Shown here: positions 11,350 through 26,345 of the stretch, in pieces | How the letters are laid out: every line of letters starts with the position of its first letter | Position numbering within the stretch: position 1 is the first letter of the stretch | Assembly (NCBI RefSeq): GCF_963506605.1 | Contig: NC_083287.1 | Coordinates: 12,338,001-12,402,000, forward strand | DNA from: Zootoca vivipara | Lineage: Eukaryota | Length of the DNA: 64,000 bases | Direction of reading: 5' to 3' | Position numbers and translations under genes: made by a program | Notes under the pieces: generated by a model | Databases searched by the model: none | The model's input: only the letters and a program-made list of their open reading frames with translations | What the model was told of the DNA's origin: nothing

Positions 11350-14300
11350 GTGTAATATGTAGAATTTATATTATAACTTTTAACGGTGGAAGGAGGGAAA
11401 AGATTACTTAAAGCCTTTTTCCTCCAGCCATTTTTCTGTTTGAAATTCAGTGCAGCTGTTTTTCCAGCTGTGGAAGGAAAATATGTAAATCTCCCCACCC
11501 ACTGGTGTAAAAGCAGCTGGGAAGGGGGGATGCAAGTGGGAATGGGCAGAAGGAAAGGGGTTAAGCTGCCCCTCCTCCCTCACCATTCCTCTCCATAGCT
11601 GCTTTTCATTAGAAATCTGTTGGGCTGCTTCATGTACCTGCTGTGTAATGCTTGGCCTAAATACTGCTCTCAGTCTTAGTATCAGAGGTCACGTGTTCCA
11701 TTCTAATTTCATAAGCATCTATGATTTTCTGGATAACACAGCACACAGCAAAGGCTAAGCCTTGAGTTAATATTACCAGCAGGGCCACTATAATCAGGTC
11801 TCACAGCAGGCTCCATCCTTAACACAAAATACTGAGAGAGAGTGCTAGCATAATCGTATCTGTTTTGATTTGGATCAAGAGATGCCTTATCTTATTACCA
11901 CTGGAAAAGCTTCAAAATCTGGGCAATTTCATCTAAGCCAGTCATATTCACTTCGCTAGGCTAGTCATCCTCTTTTGCATTGTGTAGCTGTGGAAAATCA
12001 CATGAGTAGGAACTGCATGTTAGCTGCACAATATTAAATCTCTGCCCTGCCTACTGTCCTCCTGTGATGTTCATCAGGTGTCACGTCTTTAGTGTGGCAG
12101 CACCTGTGCTTTGGAACTGCCTACGTAGGTAAGTGCCATCACTGTATTGGCCAAAGGCCACCTCGTGAACTTTGTGACTGAGTTGGGATTTGAATTCTGG
12201 GCTCCCAGGTCTTAGTCTGGGACTAATAACCACTATACCCCACTGGTCATCAGGGATTCAAATGAATGTTTCCCACCTCACCATATAAATTATGGACGTT
12301 ACCAGTGCGTAGGGGATCAGAGTTCTGTCTAAAGTAACAGGAAGCACTGTGGGGGGGGGGGGGTAATCAGAACGGTTGATTTAGTTCCTGCTTTATTCAA
12401 AGGAAAAGGTGTGCTTCTGCTACAAATCTCTTTGTTGAATTAATATAGTTATTACTCCTGTCACTTTCAAAATTGCAGGCTATTATACGCCTACCACAAT
12501 GCTCAAGATCTCTGCTTCCATTTATCCGGTACCATTCATTTAATTCCTACTGTACAAATTTTAGTCCCCAAGCAAACAAACAGATGTTTAGGCAAGAAGT
12601 CCCAGGGTGGCAATGAAAAGCACTTGGTACGTAAGTGCCCACTTAGAGAAGAATTCATCCCCTAGAATTGATCTCCTTTCAGGGCTTATTTATGCGGTTG
12701 CTGTTGAGTCAGGATCAACAATATTTGGAATGACAGCCTGGGGTTCTTAGGAAATGCCCTTTTAACTACATTTTGCCTTTGCTCCAAGGAGATCAAGGCA
12801 GCTTACATGGGTCTCTCCTCCCCCATGTTATTCTAGCACAGGGTTGGACTAAATGACCCTCATGGTCCCTTCAAACTCTATGATTGTGTGCCAACAGTAC
12901 ACAGCCATAGCTTGTCTTTTGTGGATGGTGCAGTTTTGGGTACATAAGCAACAGCACTCAGAGAATTCAGATCACTATTAGTATATATGATTTGTGAGCT
13001 TTCTTCTTCTGCCCTCAAATAATCCCTATATTAGGCAGAGGTGGAGGGTTTGGAGGGGAGAAGGGCACCCGAAAGTACTTTCACCTAGACAGACCATTCT
13101 GAATTGCTTAGATACTTAATTACAGGACTTGTGTTACAGTGGATGGAGGTTTTGCAGCTAAATCTCTGCGTAAGCCTTTGGAAAATGTTAGGTTTGATGT
13201 TCGTCAAATATGTTGCCAGAAAAGCATCATGTTTGCCTCCGGTGGGCAGGAAGGACAGATTCGTTGTATCTATGCCACATTGATTGCTTTGTTTTTTATT
13301 CTCAAGTGGAATGGCAGTAAACACGAACCCCAAACTTAAAAGTATGAAAGTTGCATGTGTGGGGTGCATATTGGTTAGTTGGAGTTAGATGACCAGTAAT
13401 TTCCATTTGGAAACCCTGCGTGGTAAAGTGATTTTAATGTAAATGGTACAGAGCTACATAATATTACAGGCTTGGATGTTTCAAACCAATGGAAATTCCC
13501 AATAGGCTCCAGTCTTTCCAAGGAGAGACCACAGCTCAGTGGCAGACCACATGTTTTGAACCATGGGCTAAGAATGTAATTCTGGGCTTCTCCAATTACA
13601 GATTTAAAGTGACAGGGCTGAGAAAGACTTCTGCTTGGTGGTCCCCAAGAAATCACTGGAGTGACCAGGAATTGGCTCACTCCTGAAGAGCTGAATCCAC
13701 TGAGCTTGATGGCTCTGGGTCTTCCTACATCAGCGTTTCTAGCACAGCCAGGTAAGTTGGACAGCAATCTGCAGAATGTCAAAGTAGGAGTAAAAGAAGC
13801 AGCTGACTTACACTTCCTCCATTGATATGGATTATGCTGGCTGATATGAAAGCAGCTGCTGCAGACCTCTCCTATAGGAAGCGCTAATGTGTGGAGAATT
13901 AGATAAGTGTAAAAGCCGCTTCCAGGTTCTGTGGCAATACACTTCAATCTGAGGCAGCCTGACTTTCACTGCAGTGTCAAAGCACATCTAAACTGCATTC
14001 AGCACTTAAAAGGAGCACTGCTGACCTGTGAGCCAAAGACAGGTGCAAATACATGCTAAGTGAGTGTGAGCGTCAAATAGGGTTAAACATGTCTTGCTTT
14101 GGGAAAAGACGTAAACAGGGCCATGTCTCTAATTATAATCCTAAGCAAACTTAATAGGGAGTAAGCCCCATGGAGCAAAATGGATCTATCTCCGAAAAAA
14201 TAGGCTTGCAAAGTGAGCTGGATAGAGAAAGCACAGGGTTGCATAGAAGGCAATCTGTGCAAAGACCTCATACTAAAGCTGTAATGTAATGGTGATCTTC

Positions 14301-14483
14301 ACCTGCAGTCCATCTCAGTGGTAAGGCTTATCCTTCAGATGCTAAGAAGGGCCAGGCGCTTCTTCTGAATTGCAGTGGTGGTGGTGAGGAATCTGAAACC
14401 CAATCATAACTTAACCAATTGCTGATATACTGAGTTAATAAAAGCAGGAGGAGCTCTCTCAAGTGTTCTGAGGATGTGAAATA

Positions 14484-14637
14484 TAGTGGAACCTCGTGTT
14501 ACGTACCGTCCCCCTTGCAAACGCTGTGGGTTACGAGCTCCGCTAACTGGACCGAAAGTGTGCCTTATGTTATGAGAGGTTTCAGGTTACAAACGTATCT
14601 CCAGAACAGATTAAGTTCGTAACAGGAGGTACCACTG
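14484..14637. mobile_element. Tc1/mariner (Tigger-like) MITE
   Basis: TIRs (c/t)agtggaacctc / gaggtaccactg, flanked by TA on both sides. Confidence 0.8.
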
Positions 14638-17600
14638 TATGAGCTAGAACAGGATCCAAAGGAACATGCCACACCACATGCATCTTTGGTATTCTACTGA
14701 TACTTCCACACCCCAAGGTGGCCTCCATTTCACATGAGCAGTAATGGCTAAATTAATTCACAGTCATGAATTGAAGTCACAGCTTTCCCATCCTCCTCTT
14801 TTTCATCACATCAGCCTTTAATTGCAGCAATATGTTTCTTCTTTTTTCTTAAAAGTTCTGGATTCCAAGAGCTTGGAGAAGTTTTTCAAAGTGATTTCGC
14901 TGAACATTTTGCTACTTCATGTTACAAATTCTCCCTCTTCCCCAAATGATTCAAGGCAGCGCAAAGGACATAAAACCAACTGGAATTGTGACAAGATGAA
15001 AATGCATTTTTATGGTTAAGAACAGAATGCCACTTAGCACTTCTCTGCTGAGCATGTACAGTAAGTACTAGTTAAATAGAGGACACATTTTCCAGGGTTT
15101 CTCTGTACTTCCTAATGCATTGGTCAAAACCACACATATTTTGGGAACTACTTCCTCATTCCCTGGCTGGCCAAACCAACTGGTCTGAGCAGACAATAAT
15201 GGGCTGAACATGTGCTTTGCGTGATGTGGTCTCACAATTTGGCTGCTCTCATGATTTGGCTGGGATTCTGTAGATTTTGCTTTAAAGAGAAATAATTCCC
15301 TGTGGATGGTTTTGTACCTCCCCCTGTGCTGTTTCAATCCTGGAAAATGCTTCTCCTGAAAATCCATTCTTTGGTTACATTTATGGATATGGGGACTTAT
15401 GCTGAACACTCTGCAAAAAAATCTCCACCTTCCTGATTTCTATATGTTTTATTCCCTTATGCCTAGAATTGCACAGGCAAAAGGACACTGATACAGAATT
15501 TCACTGTTCAGTTAATCCCACACTCCCAACCACTTCCCTGTGTTGGGAAGATTAGCTACATTTCTTTTCAAGTGGAAATATGGCTGCCGTGACCCTTTAA
15601 TATGTGGTATTATTCTCAATTGTGTGAACTTTTAAAAAGGCACCAGGACAAGAAGCAGAACATTAATAGAGGCACATGGATAAACTATTATAGGAGCCAG
15701 ACCCAGTTGGATAGCTAGCAAAATGCTAGATCCAACCAAACTATGGAAATTCTAAGGCTACCGTTGACTTTCCATATATATGGGCAGACATGTTTCCTAA
15801 GAAATTTTATCTTGCAGTCTTGCTCACGTCATGCCCACACGCCACAGGGTGTGGTGATGTGCAAAGTGGCACGCTTGCACTGGATTGTCGTAGGCACACT
15901 ATTACCCCCATAGGGTTATAGTCAAGGAAAAATGTAAAGAGGAAGAAGCTCCTTGGAAGAGAGGTGGGATTTAAACATGAGGATGTAACAATGAATCAGT
16001 CAAGGGCCCTGCACAGCAGAATGAGCAAGAAAGGCCCCAGATACAGCAGGACTGTTTTATCAGCTTGAAGTATGTAAAGTACTAACACATTGATATCTAA
16101 ATGCTCCTCTTCCAATAATAAGTTCAGAGTTGAATAATTACTTAACTGCACAATCAGTCGCAGAGCTGTGTACCATTTGTGTACCTATATGTCTATTTTT
16201 CATGGTGGTTGTCACAATAATCCTGCACTGTATTTGATGTACTGCCTGCCAATCAAATAAACTGAAGTTTACAGTGTCATGTGTTGCATCCTGTGCCGTT
16301 AACATGCTGACTGGTAGCAACCCCGTTGACTTTAAAAATTAAAATTTTGCGCAACAATAAACCTGCAAGTTGGTCAGACAAAAGGTTGACTCTATTTGTC
16401 TTGTGTCCTGAAGGTGGCAGCAACCTCCCTACTTAACATGACCCATTTGTCAGGTGATCTGCCATGGAGCCTACAGTTGCAGCTGTGCTGCGATGCTGAA
16501 TATGAAATTGCACTCTTTTGGCAAGAACAAATTTTCAGGAAAACCAAAGCATTCTGCCTTGGGATCATGTACAAGGGAGCTGCAATTGGTCTGTCCATCA
16601 GGGGGAGCAAGTAATTTATTTCACATTACCATGACAAGAAAAGTGACTTGTTGGGGTGGGCATTTGCACCATATCTGGTATGTAATGCATGCCTTTCAAT
16701 TTCGGAGATGATGGGGAAGCAGCCTGCAGAGTTAGCAGAGCCAAGGAAAGATTATACTATGATTATTGTCATTATCTTATTATCCTGATGCGGCACCATA
16801 CATGGCACCTGCCTTGTGAAGCGTTCCATCCCCTGAATTACAATTGGACAGGAAGGGTGTAGCTCGTGAATGAACTGTTCGGGGAAACAGAAAGCCAAAC
16901 AGAACAGTCCAGCTGCTGACTTGAGAAATATTGTGAATACAGTAACATCTGGTCCAGAAAGCCACTTACAGGCTGAAGACAGAAAAGAGCTTTTAAAAAA
17001 GTTGAACTGAGACAAAAAACATTGCTGCCCATGGTGCATTCTTTTGTCCCATTGTTATCTGGACAAGAGAGGTTGGGAAGGATTTGAATCGCTACACAAA
17101 CCCTTCAAGGATCTGAACAGGCCAGGAGCCAAAGAGCAGCTTAGGCTCGTGTAAAGAGAATTGCTGACTTTTACATTTTTGAGTTAATACTTCTGGACCA
17201 TTCAGCTGTTGGCATTATATTGAGACTGTTTTGTGATCTGACATGGTGCCTCTTGATCCAAAAGTGAACTAAGCATGGCACATATTTGTCTAGACTACTA
17301 CCACCTCTTAAGAGTTTTCTGCCACTAGCAATTCCTCTCACATAAAGTGAGTGGGATGTGGCTGCCTCATCAGCCACATAGAATGAGACAAACGGGTAGA
17401 GCTTACTGTGCTCTGCCACTTATCTATGTTTCCATCCCTGCTATGAAGCTATGCTGCAGAAGAGGTAGATCACTGTTTCAGTCCTCTTTATGGACCACCC
17501 TGGCAACCTCTCAGTCTTGCAGAAGTTAGTCGTACAAACTAATTGTATCTGCAAGGCCAGACATCACTACATGTTCCATCTTTTTCAGTCACCCCAGCCC

Positions 17601-18171
17601 TGATCACACTCCATGATGTTACGACTTGGGAGGCATTGCCAATGGATACTGAAATCCCAGCAGCCATTCATAGGGAATTCCACAGCCTGCTATTCAGCTT
17701 GGTGTGGGAGAACTGAAATTGCAGTGCTTCAAGTATCTCCACAACCAAATCCCTTAATCTCCCCTGATGGACTAGTACTAGCTATAATTAACTCCCATGA
17801 AGTAATATTCATCAAGTAGAAGAGAAAAATTAATTAGACCCAACAGTGTTTGCATGACCAACTGGGAAAAGTAATCCAGCCAGTGCTCTTTCCCTTCTTA
17901 ATGTTATACCGGGTATGTGATATAGTTCATTGGGAGCGCTAGACTCGTAAGTCCCAGATCACCTGTTTTCATTCTAAAACTTTCTAGCATTTGTAGAACC
18001 TGAGATAGGAGGCAAAATACACAGGCACTATTCTTTTCAGTCAGCTGTACAAGACACGGTTCACCAGCAAACCCAATTATGTAGAAATACCTTGCCTTTG
18101 AAAAAAAAAGCTACTATCAATTTACTAGCATCCAGGTTTCAAGCACCTGAACATTCAAGGCTCTTCCGCTA

Positions 18172-19551
<1,380 letters not shown>

Positions 19552-22500
19552 TTAAACAATTCTACATGTATAAAGTATTCATGGTAGTCCAGAAATGTTT
19601 AGAAATGTATAGGCAATGCCTGTGGGGATTTCAATGGTACTTGGTACCTAACCTAGATTTCCATGCCCTTTCTTAGCCTTATTCTGTGTGTGTGTGTATG
19701 TTTCGATTATTTTAAACAATTATGGCCCAGTATTCAACTACACAGGTTAGGACAGAGCATGTGAGGGTACCCTGCTTCATCCTCACAAAAGGTAGGTTTT
19801 GCCGAGAGAGAGACACAGACAGACAGAGTGGGGAGGCAAGGCCACCTGGTGAGTTTCATAATTTGAACCCAGATCTTCTTAGGCCAAGTCTAACACTCAA
19901 AAGTACTTCACAATAGTTACTCACCACACTGTGCAGAAAACACACAACCTTACAAATCTCAAAACACTAATTTCTGTTGACCAGAGCCAGGATGGCCAGC
20001 AGGTTGGATCTGGGCCTATAGCAATTATACTGGGCACCTGACAATTCAAACCCACCCTTTCACTCATAAGATAATACAGCACAACACTAGCAGGTTGTAA
20101 GGAACGGAGATGGTCTACACTTTATCACGATACCTCTCTTTTGCATTTTGAAGCAGGGCTATGTTTGAGCACACACAATTTATAACTGTGATACAGTTAG
20201 AAGGCACCACTGTTATACTGGCACTGCTCTACCTAGAAAGAAGTCAGCTTGTTGTATATCAAAATACATTAATGTTTATGGTCTCCAGAACACTGTCTGT
20301 AGTACAAAATAGAACAAATGTAGAAATTGGCTAGGACTGTCCCTGTTTACAAGTCCAGTTTAAAGATACAGAACCATACAAATAGAGGAGCCTGGAATTC
20401 ACTTGCCAACACCTGGATAGCAGACTGAGTAAGCTACACATGCCACCTGGTTTGATTCTTCCTGCCTTCCCAACCAGGATGACATGTATTGCATTTCTAT
20501 TTAAATTACAGTAATTGTTTTAAATTTCCATCTATGCCTAGCATTTAGCACGTGCACTTTTTATTCAAATGTGTTCCAGTTTCTCCTCTTTTTTAAAAAG
20601 TGATGCATTTCCTGTTTTGTGTGTGTGTGTGTGATATGCAAGTAGCCACCCTATTCCTGGTTCCAGATAATGCCATATAACATACGGAGAAGAGAAGCAA
20701 GAGGTAAATGTAGGACAAGGAATACCTTTAGTTAAAGCACATCCAGATGGCTCAAGTAAATGAGGTGTGTCATGCATGACAGTAGAAAGCAAAAGGAGAA
20801 CGAACCGTACGGTCAAGCTAGAGGGAAAATTCCGTCACAGTGTGGCAATCAGTTATCATCTGAGCATGAAAGCAAAGCATAGCCGCTGAACTTTCTCCAG
20901 CAGAAACCTTTCTGAGTTCTGCAGCACAGGTCCACACCTACCAAAATTGTGTCTCCATTTAATGCTAACTCTGAGACTTCAGAGGAAGAAAAGGTACCCT
21001 CAAAATCTTAGACAAACATTTACTTTGTGACACCCAACAAGCTACTACTTTGCAGTAAGTATCTGACTCCCACTGAGGACACTGGATGCTTCTAGACAGC
21101 TTCTGTGGAGCAATTTGGCATTCTGTCTCAAGGTCATTTAAGGACACATTTCTCTTCAGATCACTGGTTTAATACAACACAGCAGCTCCTCCACAGTTAT
21201 GAGGGCTTAAGGGGGGCAGCTGTCCAACCTGATCTCACAGAAGCTTCAAACTTGTGCTTCAGAGAATGTTCATCCCTTGTATATTACTGAAAGAGAAGGC
21301 CTGGTATGAATAAACACAGGGAAATTAAGAACAGAATCTGAGAAGCATCGTTTGATTACTTGGGTTGTTTACTCCTATATTCCAGATATCACACCTTCCA
21401 GACAATGGAAGCACCAGGAGGACATCTTTATTTCCCACCTCAATGCATTGATATTTATTTACTTAGTAGTACAATGAACCATTTCCCTAAAACTGTGTAC
21501 ACACTATGCCTTTAAAGTACATTCAAAACACATGGTTTCCCTCAAAGAGTTCTGAGCACTGTAATTTGTTGAGGGTTGCTGGAAATTGTAACTCTGGGAG
21601 AGGTAAACTATAGGGTTTTGGGTTTTTTTGTTAATGCTACATATGCTTTAATACTGTGGCATTAACAAAAAAACCAAATTTCTGCCAACAAGGTTGGGAA
21701 CTCCACTCTGCCATGAACCTTTTCCAACTCAGGGGGACAAAGCAGCCCAGAGGGCGGGGGATTTTCCAGCCTTGTCTTCCATGGTTCTGCCCATACTTCC
21801 AGACTACAAAGCTTCATCCGTCAACCCCCACTACTGGGCCTACATGAAAGTTCCTCACCATTTGCTTGGTAGTGGAGCAAATCTTGCTACCTCTCCTTAG
21901 CAATGCTATTCCAGATCTCCTATGTCACCAACCATAATCAAAGAAGAGTTCTCTGTCACAGAAGGGGACTCAATGCAAGCTCATTTCCTTAGAACAGGTG
22001 TGGGCAACCTGGCTTGGATGTTGTTGGAGTCAAACACCTAGCGTTCCTGATTCTTGGCCATGCAGGCAGCGGTTGATGGGATTTGAGAGTCCCTAGTTTA
22101 AAATATTTCTTCTTATAAGCTAAAAAGTGCATTTTGGCAACAGCATAGCATGATTTGCTGACAACCAGGGAGAGGAGGGTGAATGGAACCCCCATGCCAG
22201 CCCAGCCCTCAATGCTGATGCTGCCAGAGCGCCCCCTATAAAGCTAAGTGGGGCCACGCTATGCCACCTGCCGGGGGGGTAGTTAGCCGATGTGGCCCTT
22301 GGCATGTGAAACCTGTGGAGAGGAGGGGAGGGCTGGGAGTTGCCCCTTTTCCACCTTCATCCTACCCTGCTCACTGGAAGCGTGTCAAGTGAGCAAGCAC
22401 TGGCCAGGCAGCCATTCAGCAAGGGGGCCAGGGATGTGGTGGGAAGGCCAGGCTGGGCTCCAGGGTTCAGAGACACCACTCAGCAGCAGGCAGGGAAGGA

Positions 22501-22895
22501 TGGGGAACTGGGGATGAGCCCTGCCAGGACATTCCTGGATGGGATGGGGATCCCCGCAAAAGCCAAACCTTTGTGGGGGCACCTTGTTTGTGCCCCCTCA
22601 AAATTGTGTGCCCAGGGCCACAGCCCCCCTGCCCACACCCTGATTTTAGGGCCTTGCTAGACTGAATATTGCAGCCAAGGTTCTTTTCAGTTTTATGGAT
22701 GAAGCACCTAGGGGTCTGCTTTTAACACCCAAAGGTGTGTGTGAGGGAGAGAAAAACTTCCGCACCCTCTCCAACTGAATAACGGACCATTGCAAAGTAA
22801 AGTAGGGAAGGGGGACAATTACCTGCATCCCCCCTTTTATGTTTAATTTTGGCACCCCCCTTGATTTATGCAGGAATGGGGCAAATAAACATTTC

Positions 22896-22930
<35 letters not shown>

Positions 22931-24296
22931 GTAATAATAAATAATTTATTCCCCACCCATCTGGCTGAGTCTCCCTAGCCACTCTGGGTGGCTCCCAATC
23001 AAATATTAAAACAATACAGCATTAAATATTAAAAGCTTCCCTAAAGAGGGCTGCTTTCAGATGTCTTTTAAAATAAGGATAGCTGCTTATTTCCTTGACA
23101 TCTGATGGAAGGGCATTCCACAGGGTGGGTGCTGCTACCGAGAAGTCCCTCTGCCTGGTTCCCTGTAACCTCACTTCTCGCAATGAGGGAACCACCAGAA
23201 GGCCCTCGATGCTGGACCTCAGTGTCTGGTCTGAATGGTGGGGGTGGAGACGCTCCTTCAGGTATACAGGACCAAGGCCGTTTAGGGCTTTAAAGGTTAA
23301 CACCAACAGATAGAATTGTGCTCGGAAACGTACTGGGAGCCAGTGTAGATCTCTCAGGATCGGTGTTATGTGGTCCCAGTGGCCGCTCCCAGTCACCAGT
23401 CTAGCTGCCGCATTCTGGATTAGTTGCAGTTTCCAGGTCACCTTCAAAGGTAGCCCCACGTAGAGCACATTGCAGTAATCCAAGTGGGAGATAACCACAG
23501 CATGCACCACTCTGGCGAGACAGTCCACGGGCAGGTAGGGTCTCAGCCTGCGTACCAGATGGAGCTGATAGACAGCCGCCCTGGACACAGAATTGACCTG
23601 CGCCTCCATGGACAGCTGAGAGTCCAAAATGACTCCCAGGCTGCGCACCTGGTCCCTATTCAGGACCAGGGAGTCCTCCACACCTGCCTGCCTCCTGTCC
23701 CCCACAAACAGTACTTCTGTCTTGTCAGGATTCAACCTCAATCCGTTAACTGCCATCCATCCTTCAACCACCTCCAGGCACTCACACAGGACCTTCACCG
23801 CCTTCACTGGTTCTGATTTGAAAGAGAGGTAGAACTGGGTATCATCCGCATACTGATGAACACCCAGCCCAAACCCCTGATGATCTCTCCCAGCGGCTGC
23901 ATGTAGATGTTAAAAAGCATGGGGGAGAGGACAGAACCCTGAAGCACCCCACAAGTGAGAGCCCAGGGGTCTGAACACTCACCCCCCACCACCACTTTCT
24001 GAACACAGCCCAGGAGGAAGGAGTGAATCATAGAATCATAGAGTTGGAAGAGACCACAATGGCCATCCAGTCCAACCCCCTGCCAAGCACCACTGTATGA
24101 CAGTGCCCCCAGCTCCCAACCCCTCTAGACGGTCCAGAAAGATATTATGGTCGATTGTGTCAAAAACCGCTGAGAGATCCAGCAGAACTAGGAAACAGCT
24201 CTCACCTTTGTCCCCAGCTCGCCGGAGATCACCGACCAGCGCAACCAGCACAGTTTCAGTCCCATGGTGAGGCCTGAATCCCAACTGGAAGGGGAT
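22896..24296 (-). mobile_element. 5'-truncated, degenerate L2 LINE (C-terminal half of ORF2 reverse transcriptase, 3' UTR and (ATT)n tail)
   Basis: RT motifs GFRPHHGTET, LLDLSAVFDTIDH, GVLQGSVLSPMLFNIY, QYADD (about 23841-23855), LNPDKTE, LDYCN, LQLIQNAAARL and LHWLPV, spread over frameshifted ORFs. Confidence 0.95.
24026..24089 (-). mobile_element. Short CR1 3' end nested within the L2
   Basis: aatcatagaatcatagagttggaag...ccatccagtccaacccc is the reverse complement of a CR1 terminus with (ATTCTATG)n tail; it interrupts the L2 reading frame. Confidence 0.85.
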
Positions 24297-25993
24297 TCAT
24301 GGCTGGCCCAAAATATTTTTGGTGCCTAAGACAGCAGTAGATAACATCCTCCTCCCGATCAAGGTACATAGTACCTAAGGCTAGCTATATTTTGGTACTT
24401 GAAGCAGGAAAAAACCCCCACAAGTGTCCCTCCTCCTTCTTTGCAATAAAGATACTACCACAACACATTAAATAACCATCAGTCTGCTGCCCTTTCTTGA
24501 CAGTAAAAACTATCTTTCTGAGAGAGCTGGCACCCTCTTGTCCAATGATAGGGCCAGTCCTATGATCATGTTTAGAGTGCTCCTTAAGGCTGGTTGATTT
24601 AGATCGATGCTGGCAGTGTGCAACCACTAACAAAAAGTCCTCACAAGTTTATTAACACTCTCTAGGCAGGCAGCAGCATGAGTTTATATGGGAGGTTATG
24701 AAAGTTCATAGCATCAGGCTGACTTGTCAAGCAGAGGGCTTTTTTCTGCTTTTGTTTCAGTTGTATATCAAAGAACTTGGGCACTTCCCACCAAGTCCTA
24801 TGACTTTGGACCAAGTCCGAATTGTCAAAAACCCATTGGAAACATTTCCTGCTTGTGCAGGCATTTTTCCACAGTGAATAATTACGCACAAAGAGTTCAG
24901 CCTTGCATTCCAAAGCCAAGAGTCTCTTCAACCCCCACCCACCTCAGTCTCATCCTCTGATCTCAGACATGATGATGACAGGATAAACACAGCCTCCTTG
25001 ATCAGTGGGGCTTCAAAAGCATTGTTGCTCTGGGAAGTCAAGAGCAGATCTTTTTTGTGCTCACATACCTCACCCGTGGCATTCAATTAGGGAAGCAAAG
25101 CTACCTGCCTGGAGCACCAAATAATTTTTTTGTCTTTGTACTGTATTCTGGCTTTGCATGCACTCAGATCCTGCTCTCCATCATCCATCCAGCCAGGCAA
25201 GAGGCATCATACAAATTAAAGGACATATTCCAGCGAGGCCAAAAACACTCATGAAGGGTGTAAAGTAGCTCTGTTAAGTGTAGCCTGGGAAGAGGGGGTG
25301 TAGCTGAGGAGAGTCCAATTTATCCTCTGGGCTTGAGGTTCCCCAACCTTGCCTAAATACTGTCTTACCTTGAAGTAAGCCCTGTTGAAACTAACAGGAT
25401 TTACTCCTGGGTAGACATAGACAGGATTGTGCCAGGAGTGCACTGAGTGCAATTTTAGACATCTTAATTCAGTGCCATTTGCAAGAGATCAGAATGAGGT
25501 GGCCTTCTAGCCCTTGTGAACAAACAATCCCATTGTTTGGTTTTGGGACCAATCTACATGTTTGCTTCTAAGGTGATACCGTGCATTGGATGCAGCTTTG
25601 CCACCTGATGTTGATATGGGGTGTCGTTTGTCTGAAATGAACCATACATGAAAATTGCCTAAGTGAACCAAACCTTTCAAAATCAGTGGGTTCCCACAAA
25701 TACCCCTGGAGTATTCTGGAGATTTTCACTTGGGACTATTTCAGCAACCTAATGGGCAACCTGGGGCCCTTCAGAGCTTGTTGGACTACAGTTCCCATCA
25801 TTGCTGATCTCTGGACATGCTGACTGGGTCTGATGGGAGTTGGAGCCCAACAAGAAGATCTGGAGGGCCCTAGGTTGGCTAGCCTTCAGATAGGAGTTCC
25901 CTGACATAAAGCCCCAATGTGTATTTCTCAGCTAATGACATACTAAGAAGAAAAGTTATTTGTCCTCCCAGTGCCTTGCCTAGACCCAGGTTA

Positions 25994-26345
25994 AAGGTAA
26001 AGGTAAAGGTTAGGTCCAGTCGCGGACGGCTGGGGTTGCAGCGCTCATCTTGCTCTATAGGCCAAGGGAGCCGGCGTTTGTTCGCAGACAGCTTCCGGTT
26101 CATGTGACCAGCATGACTAAGCGGCTTCTGGCAAACCAGAGCAGCACACAGAAACACCGTTTACCTTCCCGCCGGAGCAGTACCTATTTATCTACTTGCA
26201 CTTTGACGTGCTTTTGAACTGCTAGGTGGACAGGAGCTGGGACCGAACAATGGGAGCTCACCCTGTCATGGGGATGCGAACCACCAACCTTCTGATCAGC
26301 AAGCCCTAGGCTCAGTGGTTTAGACCACAGCGCCACCCACGTCCC
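25994..26345 (-). mobile_element. Full-length Sauria SINE
   Basis: 5' GGGACGTGGGTGGCGCTGTGG tRNA-like head; (ACCTTT)n tail; TSD tagacccaggtta at 25981-25993 and 26346-26358. Confidence 0.95.

Noticed and set aside
13375-13947. 190-aa minus-strand ORF in a TMEM108 intron
   Set aside because: Non-ATG start, no recognisable domain, and Cys/Ser/Leu-rich composition typical of random intronic frames.
19914-19945. ttttctgcacag-TGTG-gtgagt (minus), an apparent 4-nt microexon
   Set aside because: It would frameshift TMEM108 and has no other support; a chance juxtaposition is likely.
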